Shown in pieces: positions 6,628 through 16,253 of a stretch of 46,618 nucleotides of DNA. The stretch is from Pedobacter sp. (GTDB lineage: Bacteria; Bacteroidota; Bacteroidia; Sphingobacteriales; Sphingobacteriaceae). The stretch spans positions 1 to 46,618 of the forward strand of contig DATFQH010000348.1 of the NCBI GenBank assembly GCA_035264385.1, in the 5' to 3' direction. The stretch's first letter is position 1. Each line of letters starts with the position of its first letter. Below the pieces are notes generated by a model. That model was not told where the DNA came from. It worked only from the letters and a program-made list of their open reading frames with translations, and searched no databases. The position numbers and the translations under genes are program-made.

Positions 6628-7818
6628 ATGGCAAAACAGAAATTATACGACACTGCGCTTAAGCAGGAACGGGCAGTACTTGTTGGGGTGATCCGCCCGG
6701 GTGAAAGACCTGAGGAAACCCGGGAGTACTTGGATGAGCTTGCTTTTCTGGTAGATACTGCCGGTGGACTGGTTGAGCATGAGTTTACACAGAAAATGCT
6801 TAAACCAGACCGTGCAACCTTTGTAGGGACAGGGAAACTGGAGGAAATACAGGCATATGTGAAGTCTGAGGAGATAGATATGGTTGTGTTTGATGATGAG
6901 TTATCTCCGTCGCAACTGAGAAATATAGAACGTGAACTGCAGGTGAAGATCCTGGACAGAAGTAACCTGATCCTTGATATTTTTGCGGGCAGGGCACAAA
7001 CCGCACAGGCCAAGACACAGGTAGAGCTGGCGCAATTGCAATACTTGCTGCCCCGTTTGACACGCTTATGGACCCACCTGGAGCGTCAGAAAGGCGGTAT
7101 CGGTATGCGTGGGCCCGGCGAGACCCAGATAGAGAGTGACAGGAGAATGATCCTGGAGAAGATCTCTTTACTCAAAACGAGGTTAAAGCAGATTGACAGG
7201 CAGAACGAAACGCAGCGCAAGAACAGAACCCAGCTAATCCGTGTGGCTCTGGTGGGTTATACCAATGTGGGTAAGTCTACCATCATGAACATGCTTTCCA
7301 AATCGGAAGTGTTTGCAGAGAATAAGTTGTTTGCTACGCTGGATACTACAGTGAGAAAAGTAGTGATAGAGAATCTTCCATTTCTGTTGTCTGATACCGT
7401 TGGTTTCATCAGGAAGCTGCCGCATCATTTGGTGGAGTGTTTTAAGTCTACCCTGGATGAGGTTCGGGAAGCCGATGTGCTGATCCATGTAGTGGACGTA
7501 TCGCATCCTAATTTTGAGGACCAAATCAATGTTGTCAATGAAACACTGAAGGATCTTGGGGCGAGGGATAAGGACACGATCATGGTGTTCAATAAGATTG
7601 ATGCTTATGTGAGCCCTGAACCGGATCATGAAGATGAGGAAAAGGTAGTGCTGACATTGGAAGACTTTAAAAAGAGCTGGATGGGCTTGGATAATGCCCC
7701 GGCAATATTTATTTCGGCCACCCAAAAAGAGAATTTAGAGGAGTTTAAGCAATTATTATACGATAAAGTTGTCGCTTTACATACCGAGCGTTATCCTTAT
7801 GATAAGTTGTTATATTAG
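6628..7818 (+). CDS. hflX: Ribosome-splitting GTPase HflX
   Basis: GPGETQIESDRR, GYTNVGKST, LFATLDTT, DTVGF, NKID. Confidence 0.97.
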   Translation: MAKQKLYDTALKQERAVLVGVIRPGERPEETREYLDELAFLVDTAGGLVEHEFTQKMLKPDRATFVGTGKLEEIQAYVKSEEIDMVVFDDELSPSQLRNIERELQVKILDRSNLILDIFAGRAQTAQAKTQVELAQLQYLLPRLTRLWTHLERQKGGIGMRGPGETQIESDRRMILEKISLLKTRLKQIDRQNETQRKNRTQLIRVALVGYTNVGKSTIMNMLSKSEVFAENKLFATLDTTVRKVVIENLPFLLSDTVGFIRKLPHHLVECFKSTLDEVREADVLIHVVDVSHPNFEDQINVVNETLKDLGARDKDTIMVFNKIDAYVSPEPDHEDEEKVVLTLEDFKKSWMGLDNAPAIFISATQKENLEEFKQLLYDKVVALHTERYPYDKLLY

Positions 7819-7835
7819 TTGAAGAAACGAAAATT

Positions 7836-8213
7836 ATGGAAAGTAAACGTCAGCAGAAATTTGCCGGATTATTACAGGAGGAGTTAGCTGCTATATTTCA
7901 GCGGGAGGGTTCTGCTTATTTGCCGAATACTCTGGTAACCATTACGCGGGTACGTGTGTCGCCGGATCTGGCTGTGGCTAAGGTTTACCTGAGCTTTTTA
8001 AATACAAACAATACTACTTTATCTGTCGCCGAGGTCAATTCCCATGCGGGAGAGATCAGGTATAAACTGGGTGCGAGAATCCGCCATCAGGCAAGAGTGG
8101 TTCCTACGCTGACTTTCTTTGTAGACGACACGAACGAGTATGTGGAGCATATGGATAAAATCTTCGATAAGATCTCGAGAGAAAGAAAAGAGACCGGGGA
8201 GAAGGAGGACTAA
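7836..8213 (+). CDS. rbfA: 30S ribosome-binding factor A
   Basis: VTITRVRVSPDLAVAKVYLS...RVVPTLTFFVDD. Confidence 0.95.
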   Translation: MESKRQQKFAGLLQEELAAIFQREGSAYLPNTLVTITRVRVSPDLAVAKVYLSFLNTNNTTLSVAEVNSHAGEIRYKLGARIRHQARVVPTLTFFVDDTNEYVEHMDKIFDKISRERKETGEKED

Positions 8214-8238
8214 CCCCGGCCGGCTTAAGCTTATTAGC

Positions 8239-8922
8239 ATGAACAGTTTGCTGAGTGCCGCGGGTATAGGAAAGGTAGTTGATTTTGATCCATTGAAAGA
8301 TCAGTTATACAAGCTCGACCTGACTGCTGCCAATAAGGAACTGAGCAATGAGCTTCTGGATGATACGGATCTTTTTAGTGACTGGATTTCGGGAAAGCTG
8401 GAAGGGAGCAAATGCCGTTATGGTATTGGCGGATACAATGAGCACCGGACCGTTTATGCGCGCAGTGCGCACTTTGATACGGCTGATGAACCAAGAAGAC
8501 TCCATCTCGGTGTAGATATCTGGGGTCCTGCCGGGACCAAAATCTATAATTTTCAGGAAGCAACGGTACATAGCTTTAAATTCAATGACAGTTTTGGCGA
8601 TTATGGTGCCACGATTATTCTAAGTTATGTGCTGGAAGGGCGTGCTTTTCATGTGCTATACGGGCATCTGAACCTTGCAGCGCTGGATGGGCTAAAGGAA
8701 GGGCAGGCTGTCGGGAAAGGTGTTCAGTTTGCAGTATTCGGCAGAAAAGAGGAAAATGGTTGCTGGCCTCCGCATTTACATTTCCAGCTGATCATGGACA
8801 TGGAGGGGCTTAAGGGAGACTACCCGGGGGTTTGTCAGTATTCAAAAAGAGCGCATTACCTGACGAATTGTCCAGATCCTGAAATATTTTTAAAGCATAC
8901 ATTTCAACCGGCTTTGGCTTAA
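8239..8922 (+). CDS. M23 peptidase-like protein without signal peptide
   Basis: HLGVD (HxxxD), LYGHL, PHLHFQ (HxH); likely start ATG 8239. Confidence 0.8.
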   Translation: MNSLLSAAGIGKVVDFDPLKDQLYKLDLTAANKELSNELLDDTDLFSDWISGKLEGSKCRYGIGGYNEHRTVYARSAHFDTADEPRRLHLGVDIWGPAGTKIYNFQEATVHSFKFNDSFGDYGATIILSYVLEGRAFHVLYGHLNLAALDGLKEGQAVGKGVQFAVFGRKEENGCWPPHLHFQLIMDMEGLKGDYPGVCQYSKRAHYLTNCPDPEIFLKHTFQPALA

Positions 8923-8939
8923 TTTTCGTAAATTGGTAC

Positions 8940-9590
8940 ATGGCAAAGATTCTATTCGCATTACTTCTGCTGTATACTACCGGGCTTCGCGCCCAGCCTT
9001 CACTAAAGGAAGGTCTGGAAAATTTTGTGATTAAAAATCAGATTTACCCCCTGTATTCGCTGCAGAATTGCATTGAGGGTTCAGTAACAATAGGTTTCAA
9101 GCTGAACCAGAAAGGGGAAGTATATGATTCACAAGTGCGGACTGGTGTAGGGACTGATCTTGATGATGAGGCCCTCAGACTGATCAGAATGAGCAGCGGC
9201 AAATGGACGGTTCCGGATGGCCATGATACTTCGATAGTGATCATTGCGCCTATAAATTTTAGACTTTCAGGGTATGATTGTGCGAATAAGTCCAGGCAGG
9301 AGATTCAGGAGGCCATAAGAACTTATCAAAGCAATATCGGCTTAACTAATGCTGTATTAAACTTCTATAAAAACAAGGCTTCGGGAAAATTTACAAAAGA
9401 AGAGGAGCAAAAGATAATCGCCTTGAAGAACAGCCTTGGCTATGACAACGAATATTTAACAGACCGCATCAACGAAGGTAAGAAGAAGTTAAAGCAGAAA
9501 GACAAGCAGGGCGCCTGTGAGGATTTCCTTTTTGTAAAACATATGGGTTCTGATCTTGCAGATGAATTGCTTGCGGAATATTGTAATTAA
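8940..9590 (+). CDS. TonB C-terminal domain protein with helical C-terminus
   Basis: N-terminal hydrophobic segment; YP...IEGSVTIGFKLNQKGEV...LDDEALRLIR...W...PINFRL. Confidence 0.75.
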   Translation: MAKILFALLLLYTTGLRAQPSLKEGLENFVIKNQIYPLYSLQNCIEGSVTIGFKLNQKGEVYDSQVRTGVGTDLDDEALRLIRMSSGKWTVPDGHDTSIVIIAPINFRLSGYDCANKSRQEIQEAIRTYQSNIGLTNAVLNFYKNKASGKFTKEEEQKIIALKNSLGYDNEYLTDRINEGKKKLKQKDKQGACEDFLFVKHMGSDLADELLAEYCN

Positions 9591-10447
9591 ACTATGATAC
9601 TGATGGCTTCGGGGATAATGCTGGCTTCGATTTCATTTACTTTCCCCAAGTACTCTCCATCTACCTGAAAGTGCGCTTTATGTTTGGTCCGGATGTTCAG
9701 GGAATTCGTTTGAAAAAGCTCGATGTGTTTAGGGTTAATTGACATGCTCGTAAACCTGAGCTTCAGGATTTCCATTACGGAATAATTCTTTACCAGAACA
9801 ATTTCAAATACATTATCGTCCAGTTTGCCTTCGGGATTGATCTTTAATCCTGTGCCATACATGGTGGCATTGGCCACTACCACCATCGCGGCTTCCGATC
9901 GGATTGTCTTTCCTTTGATCCTGAATTCAACTACCATTTTGTGATGGCTCCAGAGTGCTTTCCAGGCCGCTTTGGCATATCCCCACATGCCGCGTTCGGG
10001 CAGGGCATCAAATTTTTTTACCAAATAAGCATTGAAGCCTATGTCTGCGAGGTGGATGCACAGCTCGTCATTGACCATAACGGCATGAATTTTCTTTGGT
10101 TTTCCGTTTACAGCGGTTGCCAGCGCTTCATTTAGATCCAATGGAATGCCGAGCTCCTTGGCCATTCCATTTGCAGAGCCAGCCGGAATGATGCCTATCG
10201 GTGTGTCCGTATTGAGCAGACACTCAGAAACCAGTTTCAATGTGCCATCTCCGCCTACGGCGATTACCCGGTCTGCTTTCGCTTCAGCAATGGTTTTTTT
10301 AAGCAACTGTAAATTACAGTTTTTTGGAAGTTCATAGATTTCGGCGGTATGTTCGGACGACAGAAAGAATTCGGTGATCAGCTCACTGAAATTTAATCCG
10401 TCGTTTCCCGAACCGGGGTTGACAATAAACAGTAACTTCAGTTTCAC
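9587..10447 (-). CDS. Diacylglycerol/lipid kinase family protein (YegS/DgkB-like)
   Basis: IVNPGSG, AVGGDGT, IIPAGSANGMA, YGTG, QVDGE. Confidence 0.9.
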   Translation of the reverse strand: MKLKLLFIVNPGSGNDGLNFSELITEFFLSSEHTAEIYELPKNCNLQLLKKTIAEAKADRVIAVGGDGTLKLVSECLLNTDTPIGIIPAGSANGMAKELGIPLDLNEALATAVNGKPKKIHAVMVNDELCIHLADIGFNAYLVKKFDALPERGMWGYAKAAWKALWSHHKMVVEFRIKGKTIRSEAAMVVVANATMYGTGLKINPEGKLDDNVFEIVLVKNYSVMEILKLRFTSMSINPKHIELFQTNSLNIRTKHKAHFQVDGEYLGKVNEIEASIIPEAISIIV

Positions 10448-10512
10448 TTTATAATCCTTGATGATTTGCTATAAGCACAAACAACTCCATGGTAACTCTG
10501 TTTTAATTATTA

Positions 10513-11499
10513 ATGAATAAATCTGTAGCGGTTAAAGTATATCATGGTTATGGCCATACACACAATCTTGTCGTGTACGGGCATGTGTTTAAACACAAAG
10601 CTAAAACAAAGCAAGTCTTCAGCAATAACTTCCTTGTGAATATCGTCCATTTACTGAAGCTTTTTATCCTGAAGCCTTACCCTTTTGTTCAGGTAAGACT
10701 TACGTTCAACGGGCAGGAAGTATACCAAAAGACGGAATATGACGGATTTTTTAAATTCGAATGGGCCGCTTATCAGAATGTAGAGGCCGGATGGAACGGT
10801 GTAATGGTAGAAGCTTTGGATGAGCATGGCGTAGTACTTGCTACCGGACAGGGCCAGATATTTGTACCGCACATTACACAGTATGCTTTTATATCGGATA
10901 TTGATGATACCATAATGGTATCGCACTCTGCAAGCATAGGGCGCAGACTGAGGGAATTATTCATTAAAAATCCGAGGACGAGAAAAACCTTTAAAGACGC
11001 TTATACGCATTATAACCTGCTGGCATTTTCACATACCCATGCTGATCAGCCCAATCCTTTTTTTTACGTTTCGAGCAGTGAATGGAACCTTTACGATTAC
11101 CTGGTAGAGACCTTCAGATACAATAAACTGCCCGAAGGGGCCTTTTTGCTCAATCAGTTGAAGCGCTGGAAGGATCTCGTAAAAACCGGTAAAACAGGAC
11201 ATGAAGGAAAATTAATACGTGTGATGCGTATTATTGATGCTTTCCCCAATCAGAAGTTTGTTTTTTTTGGAGACAATTCTCAAAGGGACCCGGCTATTTA
11301 TACCGCCATAGCAGAAAAATATCCGAAGAATATTGAAGCGGTATACATCAGAAATGTACGAAAGGAAATGGAAGGTCCTGCTCTTGAATACCTGGAGCGG
11401 ATCGCTGCCAAAGGCATCAAAACCTGTCTGTTTGCAAATAGCGCAGAGGCGATCAGGCATTCCCGAAAAAACGGCCTGATTACCGATTTAGCTAGCTAA
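10513..11499 (+). CDS. App1-family phosphatidate phosphatase (DUF2183)
   Basis: ISDIDDTI (DxDxT), FFYVSSSEWNLY, FFGDNSQRDPAIY, YIRNV. Confidence 0.88.
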   Translation: MNKSVAVKVYHGYGHTHNLVVYGHVFKHKAKTKQVFSNNFLVNIVHLLKLFILKPYPFVQVRLTFNGQEVYQKTEYDGFFKFEWAAYQNVEAGWNGVMVEALDEHGVVLATGQGQIFVPHITQYAFISDIDDTIMVSHSASIGRRLRELFIKNPRTRKTFKDAYTHYNLLAFSHTHADQPNPFFYVSSSEWNLYDYLVETFRYNKLPEGAFLLNQLKRWKDLVKTGKTGHEGKLIRVMRIIDAFPNQKFVFFGDNSQRDPAIYTAIAEKYPKNIEAVYIRNVRKEMEGPALEYLERIAAKGIKTCLFANSAEAIRHSRKNGLITDLAS

Positions 11500-11860
11500 T
11501 GGATTTGCCGAAGGGCGAAAATGCAAGGGTCATTAGCTTAAAGTGCTGTCTGCCAAAAGGAATCCCGATAATGGTAATGCAGAACAGCAGCCCAAAAAGC
11601 AGATGTGTCAGGGCAATCCAGAAGCCGCCGAAGATCAGCCAGATGATGTTCATTGCGATAGACAGACAACCGGTATTTAAAGAACTATTCGTAATCCTTA
11701 CCCCAAACGGAGCAAGACCAACGATAGCAAATTTGAAACACTGGATGCCAAAGGGAATCCCAATTATGGTGAGGCACAGGATGAGACCCCCGAAAATATA
11801 TTCAAAGAAGATAAAGAGCCCGCCAAATATGATCCAGATGAGATTGCCTATAAAATTCAT
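11492..11860 (-). CDS. yccF: YccF-domain inner membrane protein
   Basis: Duplicated NxIWxIFGG...CxTIIGIPFGxQxFK...PFG motif. Confidence 0.92.
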   Translation of the reverse strand: MNFIGNLIWIIFGGLFIFFEYIFGGLILCLTIIGIPFGIQCFKFAIVGLAPFGVRITNSSLNTGCLSIAMNIIWLIFGGFWIALTHLLFGLLFCITIIGIPFGRQHFKLMTLAFSPFGKSIS

Positions 11861-11876
11861 TTGTAGTTTTTTATTG

Positions 11877-11903
11877 AGATGTATGGCCTGATAATTAGTT
11901 ACA
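11877..11903 (-). promoter_or_regulatory. ECF-sigma-like promoter of yccF
   Basis: Minus strand TGTAAC-N16-CATCT. Confidence 0.45.
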
Positions 11904-11929
11904 CAATTTAATGTTTTTTATTATTGCGT

Positions 11930-12562
11930 ATGGTTTTTAGATTGCCCGACGATGAAGTTGTTTTTCCAAATCCTGAACTGGCAAACCCGGACGGGCTTTT
12001 GGCCATTGGCGGCGATCTGAGTATGGATCGCTTGCTGCTGGCCTACGAGAATGGTATCTTTCCCTGGTTTAGTGAAGATGATCCGATTTGCTGGTATGCA
12101 CCTCATGAGCGCTGTGTCATCTTTCCGGAGGAGGTGAAGATAAGCAAGAGCATGGCAAAGATTATGAACAGCCGAATATTTACCGTGACCTGGAATACAA
12201 TATTTGACCGGATCATCGGGCATTGCGCAAGAACGAAAAGAAAAGACGAACCAGGCACATGGATTACAGCGGAGATGCAGGAAGCCTATGTTGAACTGCA
12301 TAAAAGCGGGCACGCAGCGAGTGTAGAGGTCTGGATGGACGGGCAGCTTGCAGGTGGCTTGTATGGTGTGCTGATTGGAGATGTTTTTTGTGGTGAAAGT
12401 ATGTTCAGCCTGGTAAGCAATGCTTCAAAGACCGCACTGATCTGGCTTTGTAAAACCCGGCGTTTTAAGCTGATCGACTGTCAGTTGCCAAACGATCACC
12501 TGATGAGCCTGGGGGCCGAAATGATCAGCAGATCCGACTACATCAAAATGTTAAGGGCCTAG
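11930..12562 (+). CDS. aat: Leucyl/phenylalanyl-tRNA--protein transferase
   Basis: DGLLAIGGDL, YENGIFPWF, TWIT, GGLYGV, FCGESMFS, NASK, IDCQ. Confidence 0.96.
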   Translation: MVFRLPDDEVVFPNPELANPDGLLAIGGDLSMDRLLLAYENGIFPWFSEDDPICWYAPHERCVIFPEEVKISKSMAKIMNSRIFTVTWNTIFDRIIGHCARTKRKDEPGTWITAEMQEAYVELHKSGHAASVEVWMDGQLAGGLYGVLIGDVFCGESMFSLVSNASKTALIWLCKTRRFKLIDCQLPNDHLMSLGAEMISRSDYIKMLRA

Positions 12563-15453
12563 TTCAAAATCTCTCTGATGTCGTCTTTGCTAAGCGACTT
12601 AAAGAAGCCTTCTTCCGTAGTAATGAGCGAACTGGCCAGCCTTTTTTTACGGTTTTGAAGCGCCAGGATCTTTTCTTCCACCGTATCCTTCGAAATGAAT
12701 TTATAGATAAAGACTTTTTTGTCTTGTCCTATGCGGTGCGATCGGTCGATGGCCTGCTGTTCAACAGCGGGATTCCACCAGGGATCGAGAATAAATACGT
12801 AATCTGCCTGGGTGAGGTTCAGCCCAACACCACCGGCCTTAATAGAGATCAGGAACACCTTAAGATCAGTGTTCTGCTGAAACTCAGCAACGATCTCCCC
12901 TCTGTTTTTAGTTGCGCCATCCAGATAAGCAAATGCGATCTGCTCCTTTTCGAAGTAATTTCTAAAGATATTGAGGTGTTTGACAAACTGAGAAAAGATA
13001 AGCACCTTGTGTCCGCCCTTCAGTACGTTATCAAGCGTGTAGATCACATTTTCAAACTTACCAGAGTCTGACGCATATGCTTCATCGATCATTGAAGGGT
13101 GGTTTGCCAGCTGCCTGAGCATGGTAAGCCCCTGGAGCAGTTGTACCTGTTTTTGTGCGTATGTACCATCGTCTATACTGCTGAGCAGGTCATTTCTATA
13201 GGCAGATTTTATTTTTTCATAATAAGCCGCCTGATCTTCACTCATGTTGCAGTAGAATACTTGTTCGGTCTTCGAAGGAAGTTCGGCAGCTACCTGTTCT
13301 TTGGTACGGCGCAATACAAAGGGTTTGATAATAGCCTGCAGCTTGCGTGCTTTTTCTTCATCTTTTCTCTTCTCGATGGCCTGTACATACTCTTCGTTGA
13401 AAAATGCCTGAGTGCCCAATAGTCCCGGATTTAAAAACGTCAGCTGGGTCCAGAGATCGCTTACTGAATTCTCTACAGGAGTTCCGCTCAGGATCAGTTT
13501 ATATCTCGATTTCAGTGCTCTTACTGCCTTAAACGATTTCGAAGAAGGGTTTTTTATGTTCTGGCTCTCATCGAGAATAATATAACTGAAATAAAAGTCT
13601 TTCAGCAGGTCAATATCTACTCTGGTGATGCCGTATGTCGTAATTATGATATCATATTTTACAAAGACGCTGATATCCTTATTCCGGGAAGAGCCGGTAT
13701 GCGCATGAATCTTCAATTTCGGGGTAAACTTCTTCGCTTCATTGAGCCAGTTATAGATCAGCGAAGTGGGCATCACGATCAATGAGGTACTGTGCGTATT
13801 CTGCTGGTCATTCTCTTCCTTCATTTTTTGAAGCATCGCCAGTGTCTGTATGGTTTTACCAAGGCCCATATCATCTGCCAGACAGCCGCCGAAATGATAG
13901 TCTCTCAGGAAACTGAACCAGTTGTAACCAGCCTTTTGATAGCTTCTGAGATCCCCTTTGAAATTTACCGGCATTTGCACATCTGCAATGTTTTCAAAAT
14001 CATTTAAACGTTCAAGCTTCCTGCTCAGGGTGATATTGGCTATGCCATCTTCTGCCAGTTCGTTGATCAGGCCGATATGGTGTTTTTTTAGCTTCAGCGA
14101 TTTACTGCCATCAGAAAGGCTGAAGATACTTCCGTATTTGCTGAACCACTTTTCCGGAATGACCGCTATTGTCCCGTCAGGAAGCGTAAATTCCCGTTTT
14201 TTATGCAGAATGTGCTGTTTCAGCGATAAAAACGGAACTGCATAACTGCCAAAGTAAACGATGGCGTTGATGTCAAACCAGTCGTTGTCTTCTTTAATTT
14301 CAAAATCAATCTTATTTACCGCCAGCAGGAACTTTTTGGTTCCTGAGTATTTTTCTATTTCAAAGCCCTGACTTTCCAGGCTTTCAATATGTTCGTTTAC
14401 CCAATTGATGATGGCATAGGACTGATCTTCCTCCTTGTCTGCCGGGACTTCAAGATTGTGGAATAATGCGCTGGTCTTTCTAAGACCCATGCTAATCAGT
14501 GCATTGAATTTTTGCTTTTCGAAAGCAGTATCTCTTTTGATCCTGTTGAAAATGTAATTGTCTTCTTCCCGGATCAGACGAACAGTTACCTTTTTTTCAT
14601 TCCCCATTACAAAATCATACGATCCATAGCTGAAATAAAGCTGAAGCTGTGAAGTGCCCTCATCAACGAAAATGATTTTTATTGTCGGAACGGGGGCATG
14701 TTTCTCTGTTTTAATCTCAAAGCCCTCTGCGTAAACATGGTATTTTTCAATCAGTGGTCCTACAAATTTTTCGAAGTAGGTTTCCTCGGTCGATTTAGGG
14801 ATGGTGATGTAGCGCTTGTTGAGAAAGGGAAGCAATTTTTTGCCTTCTATATCCTGTTCAAAGAAATAGATCATGTCATTGAGCAGCAGCCAGGCTGGCT
14901 GGTTGCTGACTACCTGTGCTTCCCTAAACATGAAATCTATGCGGAGACCCTGGTATTTTATAGTAGGGAAGTAACGTGTTTCAGTTTCATTTCTTCTGAA
15001 ATGGAAAAGTACAGTTGCCGCTTCTGCCGCGAAGTCTATTCTTCGCTCTGCCGGCCAGCCGTCATTATCCATCAGGTATAATGAGCCATCAGTTTTAAGT
15101 ATTTCCAGAACCTCAGAGAGTTTCTTTTCGATTTTCGGGCGAACACTGTCATAGAATTTATCATTGAAGAACTTGCTGAAGAACTCTGCGGGGCGGATGG
15201 TCTTTTTATGGTATTTCTTGATGATAAAATCTTGTTCAGTCTGATCAAGAATACCAATTAGCTTAAAGTCCCTTTCTGAAAGGTGTTTTGAAAACTCTTT
15301 GGCAGTATGGGAGAAAAGCCGCTGATAGGTCAGTGAAAAATCACCCTGCGGATTTAACTGTACCACATGCGGTTCGATCAAATACCCAAAATATGCATGC
15401 TTGCATAAAGAATATACAATTTTGCATGGTTTTGAGCTGTCTACGCGTAACAT
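12559..15453 (-). CDS. SNF2-family helicase/ATPase
   Basis: LADDMGLGKT, ILDESQNIKN, LSGTPVEN, LRRTKEQV, KAGGVGLNLT, DPWWNPAVEQQAIDRSHRIGQ. Confidence 0.95.
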   Translation of the reverse strand: MLRVDSSKPCKIVYSLCKHAYFGYLIEPHVVQLNPQGDFSLTYQRLFSHTAKEFSKHLSERDFKLIGILDQTEQDFIIKKYHKKTIRPAEFFSKFFNDKFYDSVRPKIEKKLSEVLEILKTDGSLYLMDNDGWPAERRIDFAAEAATVLFHFRRNETETRYFPTIKYQGLRIDFMFREAQVVSNQPAWLLLNDMIYFFEQDIEGKKLLPFLNKRYITIPKSTEETYFEKFVGPLIEKYHVYAEGFEIKTEKHAPVPTIKIIFVDEGTSQLQLYFSYGSYDFVMGNEKKVTVRLIREEDNYIFNRIKRDTAFEKQKFNALISMGLRKTSALFHNLEVPADKEEDQSYAIINWVNEHIESLESQGFEIEKYSGTKKFLLAVNKIDFEIKEDNDWFDINAIVYFGSYAVPFLSLKQHILHKKREFTLPDGTIAVIPEKWFSKYGSIFSLSDGSKSLKLKKHHIGLINELAEDGIANITLSRKLERLNDFENIADVQMPVNFKGDLRSYQKAGYNWFSFLRDYHFGGCLADDMGLGKTIQTLAMLQKMKEENDQQNTHSTSLIVMPTSLIYNWLNEAKKFTPKLKIHAHTGSSRNKDISVFVKYDIIITTYGITRVDIDLLKDFYFSYIILDESQNIKNPSSKSFKAVRALKSRYKLILSGTPVENSVSDLWTQLTFLNPGLLGTQAFFNEEYVQAIEKRKDEEKARKLQAIIKPFVLRRTKEQVAAELPSKTEQVFYCNMSEDQAAYYEKIKSAYRNDLLSSIDDGTYAQKQVQLLQGLTMLRQLANHPSMIDEAYASDSGKFENVIYTLDNVLKGGHKVLIFSQFVKHLNIFRNYFEKEQIAFAYLDGATKNRGEIVAEFQQNTDLKVFLISIKAGGVGLNLTQADYVFILDPWWNPAVEQQAIDRSHRIGQDKKVFIYKFISKDTVEEKILALQNRKKRLASSLITTEEGFFKSLSKDDIREILN

Positions 15454-15595
15454 TGGCTAAAGATTAAAACGACGGGGGTGTAAGCATTTAAAAATCTCTA
15501 AACATACATCAAATTGAGGGGCTTTCAAATAGAAGAGATTTAATTTATAGCTTTTGCCTGAAAATGATCTGATTCTGATAAAAATGAAATAAAAA

Positions 15596-15622
15596 TGCAA
15601 CGTTTATAAAAATGCCTGCGTC
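15596..15622 (+). promoter_or_regulatory. ECF-sigma-like promoter of the GIN-domain gene
   Basis: TGCAAC-N17-CGTC. Confidence 0.45.
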
Positions 15623-15660
15623 CTATGGGTAAGAGACAAATGAAACTTAAACATCAAAAT

Positions 15661-16251
15661 ATGAAACCTTTAGTGAAAATCCTGTTTGCAGCCATCTTCT
15701 TTACAGGCACGGCCCTAACAACGCAAGCGTCGGGAATGGAGGAATTCTCCGGAGAAGAAGTCAGCCCCTTAACGTTCAACAAAATCCAGGTGAGCGGCAA
15801 TGTTTCACTGTCAGTAGATCAAAGGTCAAAAGAAAATATCCTGGTCAACGGTGAGTATGACCGGACGAAGATCTCACTTATAAAAAGGGGCCATACCCTG
15901 ATCATAAGTAATACAGCATCAGATCAGGTGGAAATTTCAGTTTCAGTTAAAGACCTTCAAAGAATTTATGCGAGTGGCAATGTCTCGGTAAGTACGTGCG
16001 GTAAATTGAATGTTCAGCACCTCCAGGTATTTTTGTCAGATCAGGCCCGTGCAGATATAAAAGCAGATACCGAAAGCTTGTATACTTATATTACAGGAAA
16101 TGCAAGTCTGAAACTAAGCGGTACAACTAAAGATCACACACTTTTGAAGGACAGTGTCTCAAAGATAAATACAGATGCTTTGGCCGCTGTAAAGGTAAGT
16201 GCAGCGGCTATCAAAACAGAGATGATAGCCGTTTCGCTTAAAGGAAAATAA
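15661..16251 (+). CDS. Secreted GIN-domain (DUF2807) protein
   Basis: Signal peptide MKPLVKILFAAIFFTGTALTTQA; FNKIQVSGNV, repeated ASGNVSV/ITGNASL beta motifs; start could be 15640 or 15625. Confidence 0.75.
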   Translation: MKPLVKILFAAIFFTGTALTTQASGMEEFSGEEVSPLTFNKIQVSGNVSLSVDQRSKENILVNGEYDRTKISLIKRGHTLIISNTASDQVEISVSVKDLQRIYASGNVSVSTCGKLNVQHLQVFLSDQARADIKADTESLYTYITGNASLKLSGTTKDHTLLKDSVSKINTDALAAVKVSAAAIKTEMIAVSLKGK

Positions 16252-16253
16252 GG

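Noticed and set aside
6047-6634. Long antisense ORFs (also 16810-17361, 20171-20740, 38925-39518, 43235-43756)
   Set aside because: Shadows of well-conserved genes, with no recognisable motifs.
12559-15453. SNF2 helicase as part of an anti-phage system
   Set aside because: No methylase, nuclease or other defence neighbours; the context is housekeeping.
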